A DNA stretch of 64,000 nt from positions 32,001-96,000 of the IMG/VR virus record IMGVR_UViG_3300006931_000002; one strand, 5' to 3'. Below the pieces are notes generated by a model. It worked only from the letters and a program-made list of their open reading frames with translations. It had not been told where the DNA came from and did no database searches. The DNA is from a virus. Position 1 is the first letter of the stretch; the number at the start of each line of letters is the position of its first letter. A program made the translations under genes and the position numbers. Shown here piece by piece: positions 46,461-56,118 of this stretch.

Positions 46461-47072
46461 ATGGCCACCGAGCACGGCACGATCGCTGCCTACCGTCGCT
46501 GTCCGACGAAATGCGACGACTGCCGGACAGCGATGAACGACTACAACCGGACCCGCCGCCGGCTCGCGATGCAGGGCAGGCCGACAACGCCGCTGATCGA
46601 CGCCGGGCCAGTACACGACCACGTCGCCGAACTACGCGCCGCAGGCATGTCGTTCGACCGGATCGCCACGGCAGCGGGGATGGCCTGCCGAACCCTGTGG
46701 CAGATGACCGTGGACCGTCAGGCCCGGGTCAGCCCGAATGTTGCCCGCCGCATCCTCGCCGTGGCCGTCGACGATCCGATGTTCGTCGACGTCGAACCGA
46801 TGTGGCGGCTGGTCCACGGCATGGTCGCCCGCGGCTATCCGATGGTGTGGATCGCCCGGCAGATCGGCCAACCTGCGCGGGCGTCCCTCAAGTTGGGCGA
46901 GCGGCAGGTGAAAGCATCTACAGCGACGAAGATCCGCGCGTTGGCTGAACAGTGTGCGCTGACCCCGGGGCCGTCGAGGCAGGCGGAACGGTATGCGGCC
47001 CATCAGGGCTGGAAGGTCGAGTGGCTTTGGGAAGACCTGATCTCCCGGGCCGAAGAGAGGGAAGCGGCATGA
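46461..47072 (+). CDS. Zn-motif + HTH phage protein
   Basis: HGTIAAY..C..CDDC; HVAELRAAGMSFDRIA. Confidence 0.65.
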   Translation: MATEHGTIAAYRRCPTKCDDCRTAMNDYNRTRRRLAMQGRPTTPLIDAGPVHDHVAELRAAGMSFDRIATAAGMACRTLWQMTVDRQARVSPNVARRILAVAVDDPMFVDVEPMWRLVHGMVARGYPMVWIARQIGQPARASLKLGERQVKASTATKIRALAEQCALTPGPSRQAERYAAHQGWKVEWLWEDLISRAEEREAA

Positions 47073-47386
47073 CAACGCTGATCCTCTGGTGTGCCGGCGT
47101 CGCCTTGGTCTGTGCCGCCGCGGTCGCTTACCTCTGCCGGGCAAACCACCGGGTCACACGTTCCCGCCAGCGCCTGGACGCCGCAATGATCGTCGCCGAA
47201 GCGGAGGCGAAAAGGCGGTGGCGCCACCATCTGACCGATGATCCGTTCGCCTTCTCCGACGCGGAGGTGGACGTCATCATCGCCCAGGTGTTCGGCATGG
47301 ACCCGACGCAGATGCGGGCGGAGGCGCGGCGGCAGAACCGCGAGGAGTTCGGCCGGGTTGCCAAGAAAGACGGGGAGAAGCCGTGA
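47069..47386 (+). CDS. membrane-anchored hypothetical protein
   Basis: N-terminal TM helix. Confidence 0.55.
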   Translation: MTTLILWCAGVALVCAAAVAYLCRANHRVTRSRQRLDAAMIVAEAEAKRRWRHHLTDDPFAFSDAEVDVIIAQVFGMDPTQMRAEARRQNREEFGRVAKKDGEKP

Positions 47387-47775
47387 GCGCCCGCATACCA
47401 GACTCGACCCTCCGCTCCTGTGACCATCCGGGCTGCGAGGCAACCTTCGACGCGGCAGGCAGGGCCGAACCGGGCTGGGTCCAGGTCCCGTCCCGCAACG
47501 ACCACTACTGTCCAAAGCACCACGACTCGCCGGTACCCGCAGCAACACGCCGGCTGATCGACCGTCACGGTGCCGACTGGAGGACCGACCTTGGCGGCCT
47601 TCATCCGGATCTGCTGTGGGACTACGAGGACGTCCGTGACTTCCTGATCGCCTGCCCAACGCCGTCGTTGCTTTGGCAGCGGGCACTGTTGGAAGCCTTG
47701 CGGGTGATGAACGATGAGATCTCTGATCAGGTGGTCTTCGACTTCCTCGATGGCGGCGACGAGGAGCCGCTATGA
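47383..47775 (+). CDS. hypothetical Zn-binding protein
   Basis: CDHPGC...GW...YCPKH. Confidence 0.55.
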   Translation: MSARIPDSTLRSCDHPGCEATFDAAGRAEPGWVQVPSRNDHYCPKHHDSPVPAATRRLIDRHGADWRTDLGGLHPDLLWDYEDVRDFLIACPTPSLLWQRALLEALRVMNDEISDQVVFDFLDGGDEEPL

Positions 47776-48311
47776 GTTTGCCTACTCCAGACGCGGCGCC
47801 GCGTCCCCTGCCGACCGGTCCCGGCAAGTGCCTGAGCTGTCCGGCCATCGTCCCTGACCGTGGCGTCGACCCGCTGTGTCGTGACTGTAAGGATGAATGG
47901 GCCGCGGAGGCATCGGAGGACAGACCACCTCGCGCGAACTACCTCAACGTGCTCGCCTTGTGGCATCTGAACAACGCCGCCCCGGCAGTGGAGGCCGCGT
48001 TCGGCTCGACACCCTACTTGGTGGGGTCCTGTCTGGACCGCGCGGACTTCCGCGACGTCGACATCCGGGTCCTGTTGGACGACGACGACTTCGACCGGCT
48101 GTTCCCCGGCGTCGACGAGGGGGAGGCCGACCCTCTGTGGTCGCTGCTGTGTGCTACCACGTCGGCCTGGCTTGGTGGCCTGACCGGACTCCCGGTCGAC
48201 TTCCAGGTCCAGAGACGCGATCTTGCCAATGCGCGCTATCCGAAACGCCCGCGGCATCCCCTCGGAGTGGTCGGGCTGTACGCGGGTGGGGGTGATTCCG
48301 GTGTCCGCTGA
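47772..48311 (+). CDS. minimal nucleotidyltransferase (Pol-beta superfamily)
   Basis: YLVGS......RDVDIR ... PVDFQ. Confidence 0.72.
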   Translation: MSLPTPDAAPRPLPTGPGKCLSCPAIVPDRGVDPLCRDCKDEWAAEASEDRPPRANYLNVLALWHLNNAAPAVEAAFGSTPYLVGSCLDRADFRDVDIRVLLDDDDFDRLFPGVDEGEADPLWSLLCATTSAWLGGLTGLPVDFQVQRRDLANARYPKRPRHPLGVVGLYAGGGDSGVR

Positions 48312-48527
48312 CCCGCCACCTCCTTGGGGCCGTGCCTCGTGGGCTCGCCCTCGTGGGCTGTGCTCTGCCTGTGCTACCTCCCGGGCTCTCACCCAGGAAG
48401 GCCTCATCCACTGGCACAACGCCCCGGGTGGTCATGGCCGTGGATGGCGTCCGGACGGGATAACGCCGGGCGCGACCTGTGTAGGGGCTGGACGCCCACC
48501 ACATGTAGAGGCCAAGGGGGAGGCGCC

Positions 48528-48830
48528 GTGAACGAGCGCGACGAGGCGACGTTGCGGAACCTTCCGCAGATCCTCGAAGGCATCCTGATCTTGCACCGGG
48601 CCACCAACCCCAATCCATACGCCGAACTTGACATCCGAGTAGAAGACGGCCCGCTCGCCGGGCAGGTCATCCACAACGACGGCTCGTACTGGCAGGGCGA
48701 CTACTGGCATCCCGAGGTCGACGGGATCGGGCACCGCTACGTCCTCGGAACCCGGCTGGCCGGCGGTCGTGAGCCTGAGCCGTTGTGGTTCTACAAGGGC
48801 GTGCGACCAGACGACGGCCGGACGATCTGA
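48528..48830 (+). CDS. hypothetical protein
   Basis: RBS GGAGG; DGPLAG motif. Confidence 0.5.
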   Translation: MNERDEATLRNLPQILEGILILHRATNPNPYAELDIRVEDGPLAGQVIHNDGSYWQGDYWHPEVDGIGHRYVLGTRLAGGREPEPLWFYKGVRPDDGRTI

Positions 48831-48942
48831 CCAATATCGGCTTTTGCAAAACAGGCACCGGGTTAGGAGTTCGGGCCCGACTCCCCCACCAACATCGACT
48901 AGCGATATCCGTAAATTCCCAGTACCAGGGGAGCGATCTTCA

Positions 48943-49965
48943 ATGGACCTTGAACAGGCCGGTGGCGGAGCACTCGTACCCGTGGCGACATCCCTCGCCG
49001 AGATCCACGAGGCGCTCGACGAGCAGGCGAGGGCGTACGCCGCGCGATCGATCACGGCCAGTACTCGGCGGGCCTACGAAACGGATTGGTCACTGTTCGT
49101 TGACTGGTGTGCGCGGCAGCACTTTCAGCCGCTACCTGCCACGCCCGAGACCGTCTACCGATACATCGCAGACCTAGCTGCTGGCACGACCGGCGGCCAA
49201 CCCATGAAGACGTCAACCATTCTGCGGCGCGTCTCATCGATCTCCGTTATCCACAAGTCCGCCGGCTACAACTCCCCCACCGCCGACCGTGCCGTGCAGA
49301 CAGTCCTCAAAGGTGTCAAGCGACGCCCAGGCCGGGAGCACCGCCCGGTTGCCAAGACCGCGGCAACCACAGCGATCGTTCGCCGCATCGTGGCCGGCAT
49401 CGGTACCGAGACGCCCGTGGACATCCGTGACCGGGCGATCATCCTTATCGGATTTCCCAGCGCGCTCCGACGGTCCGAACTCACAGCACTCGACATCCCG
49501 GATCTCGTTGACTCGGGTGGCGAACTGCTGGTCTACATCGCGTCGTCGAAGACCGACCAGGAGGGCGAAGGCCTATGGCTTGGCATCCCGTCGGGCAGTC
49601 GAGCTGAGACCGACCCTGTACGGGCGTGGAACGCATGGCGCGAACTCGCCGCTGCGGCAGGTGACCCTGACGGCCCGGCGTTCCGCCCGGTCGGCCGCTC
49701 AGGGAAGGTCCTCCCCCGGCGCCTTTCGGATCAGTCCGTCGCGCTCATCGTGAAGCGCCGCGCGCTCGCGGCAGGGCTGAGCGCCGACGAGTTCGCCGCC
49801 CACTCTCTACGCTCTGGGTTCGCCACAAGCGCCGCAGAAGCGGGCGCCGAAGAACGAGAGATCATGCGCCAAGGCCGGTGGCGGTCAGTCCAGATGGCCC
49901 GTCGCTATGTCCAGCGCGGGAAGGCGCTCGACAAGAACAACCCGGCGCGGAAGCTCGGCCTTTAG
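48943..49965 (+). CDS. Cre-like tyrosine recombinase
   Basis: ALRRSEL (R), SKTDQ (K), AHSLRSG (HxxR), GRW...RRY (W,Y). Confidence 0.9.
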   Translation: MDLEQAGGGALVPVATSLAEIHEALDEQARAYAARSITASTRRAYETDWSLFVDWCARQHFQPLPATPETVYRYIADLAAGTTGGQPMKTSTILRRVSSISVIHKSAGYNSPTADRAVQTVLKGVKRRPGREHRPVAKTAATTAIVRRIVAGIGTETPVDIRDRAIILIGFPSALRRSELTALDIPDLVDSGGELLVYIASSKTDQEGEGLWLGIPSGSRAETDPVRAWNAWRELAAAAGDPDGPAFRPVGRSGKVLPRRLSDQSVALIVKRRALAAGLSADEFAAHSLRSGFATSAAEAGAEEREIMRQGRWRSVQMARRYVQRGKALDKNNPARKLGL

Positions 49966-50000
49966 GTATGTCGCACCCGCCTGACCAGCGAATCTAGTCG

Positions 50001-50006
50001 TATAAT
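50001..50006 (+). promoter_or_regulatory. -10 TATAAT for probable leaderless transcript
   Basis: TATAAT 6 nt upstream of ATG 50013. Confidence 0.55.
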
Positions 50007-50012
50007 CAACCT

Positions 50013-50642
50013 ATGCCGCAATGTGGCCGCACGAATCGCGAACGGACCGGCAGGTGTACGGAAGAGTGTGCGCGCGCGAGTCGTGGATCTCCTCCGACAT
50101 ACATCGCGCCTGCCTGCGCCATGCACATGAACGCAACAGAGTTGCGCGCGCTCGTAGCGGCCGAGAAGAGTGCCACCGTCGCGAGGCGAGCCCACGAACG
50201 CGAACGTCGCATTGCCGCGCGTCTCGCTGGATGGCCCCAGCCGCCCGATCCGGCCTGCTGGTCATGGGAGATAACAGCCGAAGACCGTGAAGAGGTAGCC
50301 CGGCTCGGTGTGGACGCACTTGCCCGTTGGCAGGTCGACCAGTGTGGCGCATGCGGCGACTGGAGCACCTGGGTTGAGGACCACGATCATGAGACGGGTT
50401 ACACGCGCGGCATGCTCTGCCGGAGATGCAACGGAATAGAACCCGGAGCCGAGCCGGGAAGCCTGCTCCACAAATGGCGCACGCGCTCAGCCGCGACACT
50501 GTTCGGACTGTCGGAGACGTACATCGACCCATTCACCCGTCACGCTGGACCAACTCGGCCGCGGGCGACAGACCTCACCCGGCACCCCACCTACGCAATC
50601 ACGAGCCTCATCGGCGCACAGACCACCCCGGAGACCCGATGA
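50013..50642 (+). CDS. endonuclease VII domain protein
   Basis: CGACG...VEDHDHETGYTRGMLCRRCN. Confidence 0.82.
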   Translation: MPQCGRTNRERTGRCTEECARASRGSPPTYIAPACAMHMNATELRALVAAEKSATVARRAHERERRIAARLAGWPQPPDPACWSWEITAEDREEVARLGVDALARWQVDQCGACGDWSTWVEDHDHETGYTRGMLCRRCNGIEPGAEPGSLLHKWRTRSAATLFGLSETYIDPFTRHAGPTRPRATDLTRHPTYAITSLIGAQTTPETR

Positions 50643-51529
50643 CCGCCAACGCCCTCTCAGAGGATCCCGAGGGTGCCGCACCCTGGCCGTCCATCCTCGA
50701 CCAGTACCTCGCCAGGTATGCCCCGGCTACACGGTCGGGCTACAGTCGCGATCTGGCGGACTGGACCGAGTGGTGCGCCGACCTCGATGTTCCACCACTC
50801 GATGCCCAGCGCACCCACGTAGATCTGTGGGTCCGTCATCTCGCCGAGAACCTCGGCCGCGGGCAGTCAACCATCCACCGCAAACTTGCTGCGGTTGCTG
50901 GCGCCTACCGGTGTGCCGTGGCCGAGACGCTCATTGAGGCCTCTCCCGTCGACCATGCCCGCCGTCCACACTTGGACGATCAGTCGTCAACCGTGGGGCT
51001 GACGAGAGAGCAGGTTGCCAAGTTGCGGGCGGTCGCGAAGGCCGATGGACCACGGTCCCGTGCGCTCATCGATGTACTTGTCTTCAACGGGCTCCAGATC
51101 TCGGAGGCCCTCTCGATACGAATCGAGGACGTGCAGGATGAGGGCGGCCACAAGGTGGCCACCATCGCACGAAGGGGTGGGCGGACGCGGCCCGCCCCCC
51201 TTGCACCGGTGGTCTTTGAGTCGTTCCAGCAGTGCGCTGCCGGACGTACCGAAGGTCCACTGTTTGGAGATCTCGACCGACACAACGCCTACACGCTCGT
51301 GGTGCGCCTTGCCCGCCGCGCCGGGTTTCGCGTTACCCCGCAGGGACTTCGCTGCACTTGGGTGGTCCTCTCCCGTGAGGCCGGGGTCCCGTTGGAGGAT
51401 GTGCAAGACGCCGCTGGCCATGCAGATCCGAGGACGACGCGTCGATACGACCGGGTGCGGCGCAGTCTTGAAAGTCATCCAACATACGCGCTTGCAACGG
51501 TGCTCGATGAAGTCACACCCACCTCCTGA
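50639..51529 (+). CDS. tyrosine recombinase with catalytic R->Q and H->Q substitutions
   Basis: NGLQISE (normally GxRxSE), TPQGLR (normally HxLR), GHADPRTTRRY retained. Confidence 0.85.
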   Translation: MTANALSEDPEGAAPWPSILDQYLARYAPATRSGYSRDLADWTEWCADLDVPPLDAQRTHVDLWVRHLAENLGRGQSTIHRKLAAVAGAYRCAVAETLIEASPVDHARRPHLDDQSSTVGLTREQVAKLRAVAKADGPRSRALIDVLVFNGLQISEALSIRIEDVQDEGGHKVATIARRGGRTRPAPLAPVVFESFQQCAAGRTEGPLFGDLDRHNAYTLVVRLARRAGFRVTPQGLRCTWVVLSREAGVPLEDVQDAAGHADPRTTRRYDRVRRSLESHPTYALATVLDEVTPTS

Positions 51530-51560
51530 CCTGCACTGACGCCGCAATAGAATCGGGTCT

Positions 51561-52289
51561 GTGACGGTCCTCGACCCCGTGGCGGAAGAGATTCGCGGTC
51601 TGCTGTGGGACTTTTACCGCTCCTACAAGCCGACCGGCGACAACGACGACGGCGAGGACACGCCGCTCGCGTTCCGCCTGTACCACCAGTTCGGGACACC
51701 GCTACAGGGTGACGATGTGGCGATCCGGAAGGCGAAGCCGCACTCGCAGGCTCCGGGTGACATCCCGGCGTTGTCGTTGGCGGAGAAGGTCCGCGAAGAG
51801 GTCATCTACTGGGCTGGCAAGCTGCATCCGGTGCAGGGCTTCGGCAAGACGGAGCCAACCTTCGTCTGGGCGTTGGAGAACCTTGCCGACCTGTCGACGG
51901 GTCATCCGTTCGGCGAAGAGGTGCTGGCCGATTTCCGATCGCTACGCGCCCAAGCACTGATCATGTTGCGGTTTGAGCGTGCCCCGGTTCCGATCCGCTC
52001 CCCCGGTGCCCGCTGTGGGGTGTGCGGAAACAGAACACTGGTCCAGGACCCGAAGTCGGGAGACGTGTACTGCTCGATGGGCGGCCCGGAGGGGTGCCAC
52101 GATGATCAGCAGTGGCCTTCATGCCGCGCCCTGTGTTCGGGCTGCGCAGACCGGCGTGACCCTGCCTGCCCGGTCTGCTGGGGGCAGCTTCCGTTGGTGC
52201 TGTGCCGTCGTTCGGAACGGTCGATGCGCCATGCGTGGCGGGTCGGGCATGACCGTCTGCACGAGCTGACCCAGTGGGGGGCCGCATGA
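51561..52289 (+). CDS. Zn-ribbon phage protein, possible late regulator
   Basis: CGVCGNRTL...YC; TAGAAT leaderless-type promoter upstream. Confidence 0.55.
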   Translation: MTVLDPVAEEIRGLLWDFYRSYKPTGDNDDGEDTPLAFRLYHQFGTPLQGDDVAIRKAKPHSQAPGDIPALSLAEKVREEVIYWAGKLHPVQGFGKTEPTFVWALENLADLSTGHPFGEEVLADFRSLRAQALIMLRFERAPVPIRSPGARCGVCGNRTLVQDPKSGDVYCSMGGPEGCHDDQQWPSCRALCSGCADRRDPACPVCWGQLPLVLCRRSERSMRHAWRVGHDRLHELTQWGAA

Positions 52290-52552
52290 TCGGCTGGTAT
52301 GGCGGGCGGCCTCCGATCCCATCCGATCCGCCCCCTGCGCAGAGCGCGGGTGTAGCACCGAACGGTGAAGGCTGGTTCGATCCGTGTGTCCGCGACCACA
52401 ACTTCCGGCGCCGCGGGCCACGCCCCGAGGTGGTCGCCGATCTGAACGGGCTGCTGGACCAGGTCGCGAAGATCCGTCTGGTTGAGATCGACCGCGACCC
52501 GCGCGGGGTGTTGTGGCGGTTCGCCGACGAGCCGAAGGTGGTCGCGGCGTGA
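52286..52552 (+). CDS. hypothetical protein
   Basis: Coupled ORF. Confidence 0.45.
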   Translation: MIGWYGGRPPIPSDPPPAQSAGVAPNGEGWFDPCVRDHNFRRRGPRPEVVADLNGLLDQVAKIRLVEIDRDPRGVLWRFADEPKVVAA

Positions 52553-52827
52553 GCGCCGAGGGCGACGAAACCTTTCCGGAGCCGATCGGCGACATCGTCG
52601 AGGGTCTGTGGCATTACGTTGAGGACAACGGGCTTGAGGACTGTAGCCCGGACCTCAGTGATCTGCTCTGGGATCAGTGGGTTGTCGCCGTGATCGCCTG
52701 CACTCACGGCAAGTATCGGGGTACGTCGCGCGGCTTCCACGGGTTCACCGAAGCCGTGTCAAAGGCCGCCGACAGGTTCCGTGAGAGCCACCCGCCGGCT
52801 GTGGAAGCCACGGCTTCTGACGTTTGA
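52549..52827 (+). CDS. hypothetical protein
   Basis: Coupled ORF. Confidence 0.5.
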   Translation: MSAEGDETFPEPIGDIVEGLWHYVEDNGLEDCSPDLSDLLWDQWVVAVIACTHGKYRGTSRGFHGFTEAVSKAADRFRESHPPAVEATASDV

Positions 52828-52890
52828 GGCGTAACATGTCGACAATTTCGGCGTAGAATTGATCTCCTAATCCTATTCCTTGGAGAATCT

Positions 52891-53217
52891 GTGGTCCAGA
52901 AGACGTTTACCGAACTGGTCGACGACCTCGACGGCGGTGCGGCCGACGAGACAGTCCGGTTCGGCCTCGACGGAGCCCTGTATGAGATCGACCTGTCCGA
53001 GCCGAACGCGACCGATCTACGGGAGACGCTGGCCCCGTTTGTCACGGCCGCCCGGCGGGTGAAGCGCGACGGCACAGCGGCCACTGGCCGCACCCGGTCG
53101 GCCGATCGGTCCGGGGAGATTCGCGGCTGGGCGCGTGCCAACGGGTACACAGTGTCGGACCGGGGCCGGATCTCGGCGACGGTGATTGAGGCGTTCGAGG
53201 CCGAGCAGGCAGCCTAG
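52891..53217 (+). CDS. lsr2: Lsr2 nucleoid-associated protein
   Basis: LVDDLDGG.ADETVRFGLDG..YEIDLS..N; IRGWARANGY.VSDRGRI. Confidence 0.95.
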   Translation: MVQKTFTELVDDLDGGAADETVRFGLDGALYEIDLSEPNATDLRETLAPFVTAARRVKRDGTAATGRTRSADRSGEIRGWARANGYTVSDRGRISATVIEAFEAEQAA

Positions 53218-53259
53218 CGAGGGAAGGACCGAACCCGACCAATGTTGAGGTGATGTCTG

Positions 53260-53589
53260 GTGAGCACTGACGACACCTACTGGGTTGACGGCAACCAGGT
53301 GTCCAAGGCGGAGTATGTCGCCGCCGAGCGTGCCGCCGGCTTCCGTAACACACTCGGCCAGCCTGACGAGCCTGCGACAAGTTGGTGGCATGGCGTCGGG
53401 GCGGATGGCTTTCACCACTCGGGACACATGGGGTGGCTGCGCGGCTCTCCGCTGGACCTGAGCGGGCTCGGAATCCCGCAGACCACGTCGGTGGTCAACG
53501 CTGTGGAACCGCTGCCGGCCGGCAAGTCGACGCCCTCCCCGAAGCCGAAACCTGTCCGCCGTCGCTGGTGGAGAAGGAGACGCCGGTGA
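53260..53589 (+). CDS. hypothetical protein
   Basis: YWVDG..VSK.EY..AERAAGF. Confidence 0.55.
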   Translation: MSTDDTYWVDGNQVSKAEYVAAERAAGFRNTLGQPDEPATSWWHGVGADGFHHSGHMGWLRGSPLDLSGLGIPQTTSVVNAVEPLPAGKSTPSPKPKPVRRRWWRRRRR

Positions 53590-53867
53590 CCATCGTCCTC
53601 GCGGTCGTCCTGACCGCCGCTGGTTTCGCGTTGGGCCGCCGCTCCGCCCGCCTGTCCCGTTCCGACACGACCACCGTCTATGCGGTCCGCACCGGGCGGG
53701 ACCCCTACTACGTGGCGGTTCACCTGTTCCGAGACCGGGATGAGGCCGAACAGTTCCGCGACGCCCAGATCCCAGCGCAGTCCCACCGCGGGGATGGCGA
53801 ACCGCTGCTGGAGACCTACCGGCTTCGGCCGGCAGGCGCTGCCGACCGGATCGAGGCTGGCCAATGA
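53586..53867 (+). CDS. membrane-anchored hypothetical protein
   Basis: N-terminal TM helix. Confidence 0.5.
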   Translation: MTIVLAVVLTAAGFALGRRSARLSRSDTTTVYAVRTGRDPYYVAVHLFRDRDEAEQFRDAQIPAQSHRGDGEPLLETYRLRPAGAADRIEAGQ

Positions 53868-54145
53868 GCAACGACATCCGCCCGCCGATCCCCCAGTTCC
53901 ACTGTGAGTGCTGCGGCCTGCCGCTGGTGTTCGAGAAGACCCGAGGTGTCGGCTACGTCTGCGAGCGCTGCAAGCTCCACTATGACGACGGCTGGCGGCT
54001 CGACTCGGCAGGACTTCGCCCTCAGCGGGACGTCGACCACGAGCTGATGTCTGCCGTCTGGTGGGCGCTGGTCGATGTCGAGTCCAACGGCCCGCTGGCC
54101 GACGCGATCCGAAAGGCGTTGCCTGATGGCCAAGCAGACCTTTGA
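53864..54145 (+). CDS. Zn-ribbon protein
   Basis: CECCG..YVCERC. Confidence 0.5.
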   Translation: MSNDIRPPIPQFHCECCGLPLVFEKTRGVGYVCERCKLHYDDGWRLDSAGLRPQRDVDHELMSAVWWALVDVESNGPLADAIRKALPDGQADL

Positions 54146-54476
54146 CCGCGCCGGCTTCTTCGCCGTCCTCGACGCCGAGCGGATGACCCGTGACCTGTCC
54201 TGGCGGCAGGTCGCCAAGGAAACCGGCATGTCCGCGTCGACGTTCACCCGGCTGCGTGACGGCCATGGGCCCGACCTGGACTCCTTGGGCGTGCTTTGCA
54301 ACTGGATCGGCCTCGATCCGGGCGCCTTCTACCCCACCGTGAACCGGCTGGGGAAGTTTAGTCTGGGTTGGTTTGTCGCCGAACTCGCGGGCGACAACAC
54401 CTTGTCTCCGACGGCCCGGACAGCAATCCGCAAGGTTGTTGTCGGTGTCTACGAGGCATTGAAGGAGCTGCCGTGA
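54126..54476 (+). CDS. XRE-family HTH protein
   Basis: LSWRQVAKETGMSASTFTRL..G..PD. Confidence 0.8.
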   Translation: MAKQTFDRAGFFAVLDAERMTRDLSWRQVAKETGMSASTFTRLRDGHGPDLDSLGVLCNWIGLDPGAFYPTVNRLGKFSLGWFVAELAGDNTLSPTARTAIRKVVVGVYEALKELP

Positions 54477-54630
54477 AGGACTCCGATCTCCGCTGCATGC
54501 GCTGGCCGTTGGGCCTTCTCTGCCTCCTTGACTGTGCAGCCGGTGGCTGCCGCTGGCCTGCCATCTGCTGCCTGCACAACCGGGTGTTCGCCGTCGCATG
54601 GCGGGTCGGCATGCACCGGGGGGTGGTCCG

Positions 54631-54978
54631 GTGACCGATGGCGGGGCAGTGACGCGCGGCCTTCACGACCTGGACTGGGTCATCACCCTCGACGGTGGAC
54701 GGCTGCACCACGCCGTCCTGACCGACAGGCAGGCCGAAGACCTCGAATACGACGGCACGCTTGGCGTCGAAGTCCCCCACGACGGCCCGTTCCGCTTGGA
54801 CTGCGGCCGACTGGTCGATGGCCTGTCGATCCCTGGGGTGTTCTCCCGGATGTCGCTACCCCGCTGCCGGCGGTGTTGCACGGTCAACGGGTTGCCGCAG
54901 GGCATCGGGAGCCCGAAGAACGACGGCGAGTGTCGGAAGATCCTCGGATTGGAGGACAGGGATGGGTCTTCTTCCTGA
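54631..54978 (+). CDS. hypothetical Cys-containing protein
   Basis: IPGVFSRMSLPRCRRCC...GSPKND..C. Confidence 0.55.
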   Translation: MTDGGAVTRGLHDLDWVITLDGGRLHHAVLTDRQAEDLEYDGTLGVEVPHDGPFRLDCGRLVDGLSIPGVFSRMSLPRCRRCCTVNGLPQGIGSPKNDGECRKILGLEDRDGSSS

Positions 54979-55133
54979 ACAGCAGGACGACGACGATCCC
55001 TGCGCCCATGAGTGGGAGCGGTCTTGGGTACAGACCGACGACTTCTGCGGCGAGCACGACGGCCTGTACTGCCCGCTGTGCGTCACCTTCGTCGATCTGA
55101 TGTTGGAGCCGGACCCGCGTAAGGCGGTAGACG

Positions 55134-55664
55134 ATGCCTGACGATCCGATCATCGTGTTCGTACTGGCCCGGCTCGCCGAGGAAGAGGCTGACGCGCGGG
55201 CGGCGATAGCCGCGTTCAGCAACCGTCGCCACCAAGATCAGGGTGCGTGGGCCGCCCTCGTCGACGAAAACGGCCCCGGCGTCGAACTGCTGAACTGGAC
55301 CCCCTCGACCGAACCCCCCGAAACGCAGGTCGACGTGATGGGCGGCAAGTGGAGCCAGGTCGGCTACTGGGATACCGAATACGTCGGCTACGACGGCGAA
55401 CACCTCGACGACTACGAGGACATCGTCAAACACATCGCCCGGCAGGATCCACGGGCCACACTCGCACGGGTGGCAGCGCTACGCGCCCTGGTGGGCGATC
55501 ATCGCCCGCAGCGGTATCTACCGACCAGCCATCCGGCGTGGTTCGAGTGCTCGCGCTGCATCGCGCCGAAGGAAGAGCAGGAAGACTGGCCCTGCGACGT
55601 CGTCAAGGGTGTCGCCGCGATCTGGCGTTCGCATCCCGACTTCGACCCGGCGTGGCAGTCATGA
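55134..55664 (+). CDS. DUF6221-family protein
   Basis: FVLARLAEEE..HIARQDP...V.A.R...HPDFDPAW. Confidence 0.78.
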   Translation: MPDDPIIVFVLARLAEEEADARAAIAAFSNRRHQDQGAWAALVDENGPGVELLNWTPSTEPPETQVDVMGGKWSQVGYWDTEYVGYDGEHLDDYEDIVKHIARQDPRATLARVAALRALVGDHRPQRYLPTSHPAWFECSRCIAPKEEQEDWPCDVVKGVAAIWRSHPDFDPAWQS

Positions 55665-55860
55665 ACGGCCCCATGCTTGCCCGCTCGAAGCTGGCCACCG
55701 ACGACCCGTACGACGAGCACTATCTGTACCACCCCCACCGTTCCCACGGCCGACGGAAGGCATGCGACTGCCGGGCACGGGATGGCAGCTGGTGGCGTCG
55801 CCAGATGCGCCGCCGGGAGGGCCGGGCCTGGCGCCGCGAACAGAGAGGCGAAGACCAGCC

Positions 55861-56118
55861 GTGAAGATCGAACTGTTCGCCACCGTCCACGGCGGCGACA
55901 ACGCCGGCTGGTATCAGCGCGACGTCGACTGGCCGGCGATCCCCCGTACGGGAGAGACCATCATCGCCACCGACAACTGGCCCGGGGCGTTGACCGTCGA
56001 CCATGTCGGCTACCTGTACGACGGCACCCCGGTAGTCCAGACCAAGCCAATCTCCGCGGAGCGGCCGATCGTGCCAACGAACCTGGCGGACCACGGATGG
56101 GAGAAGTTGCCGTCGTGA
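55861..56118 (+). CDS. hypothetical protein
   Basis: PAIPRTGETI. Confidence 0.55.
   Translation: MKIELFATVHGGDNAGWYQRDVDWPAIPRTGETIIATDNWPGALTVDHVGYLYDGTPVVQTKPISAERPIVPTNLADHGWEKLPS

Noticed and set aside
52837-52860. PafBC/RecA-NDp promoter upstream of lsr2
   Set aside because: TGTCGA to TAGAAT spacing is 11 nt rather than 10, and the hexamer mismatches
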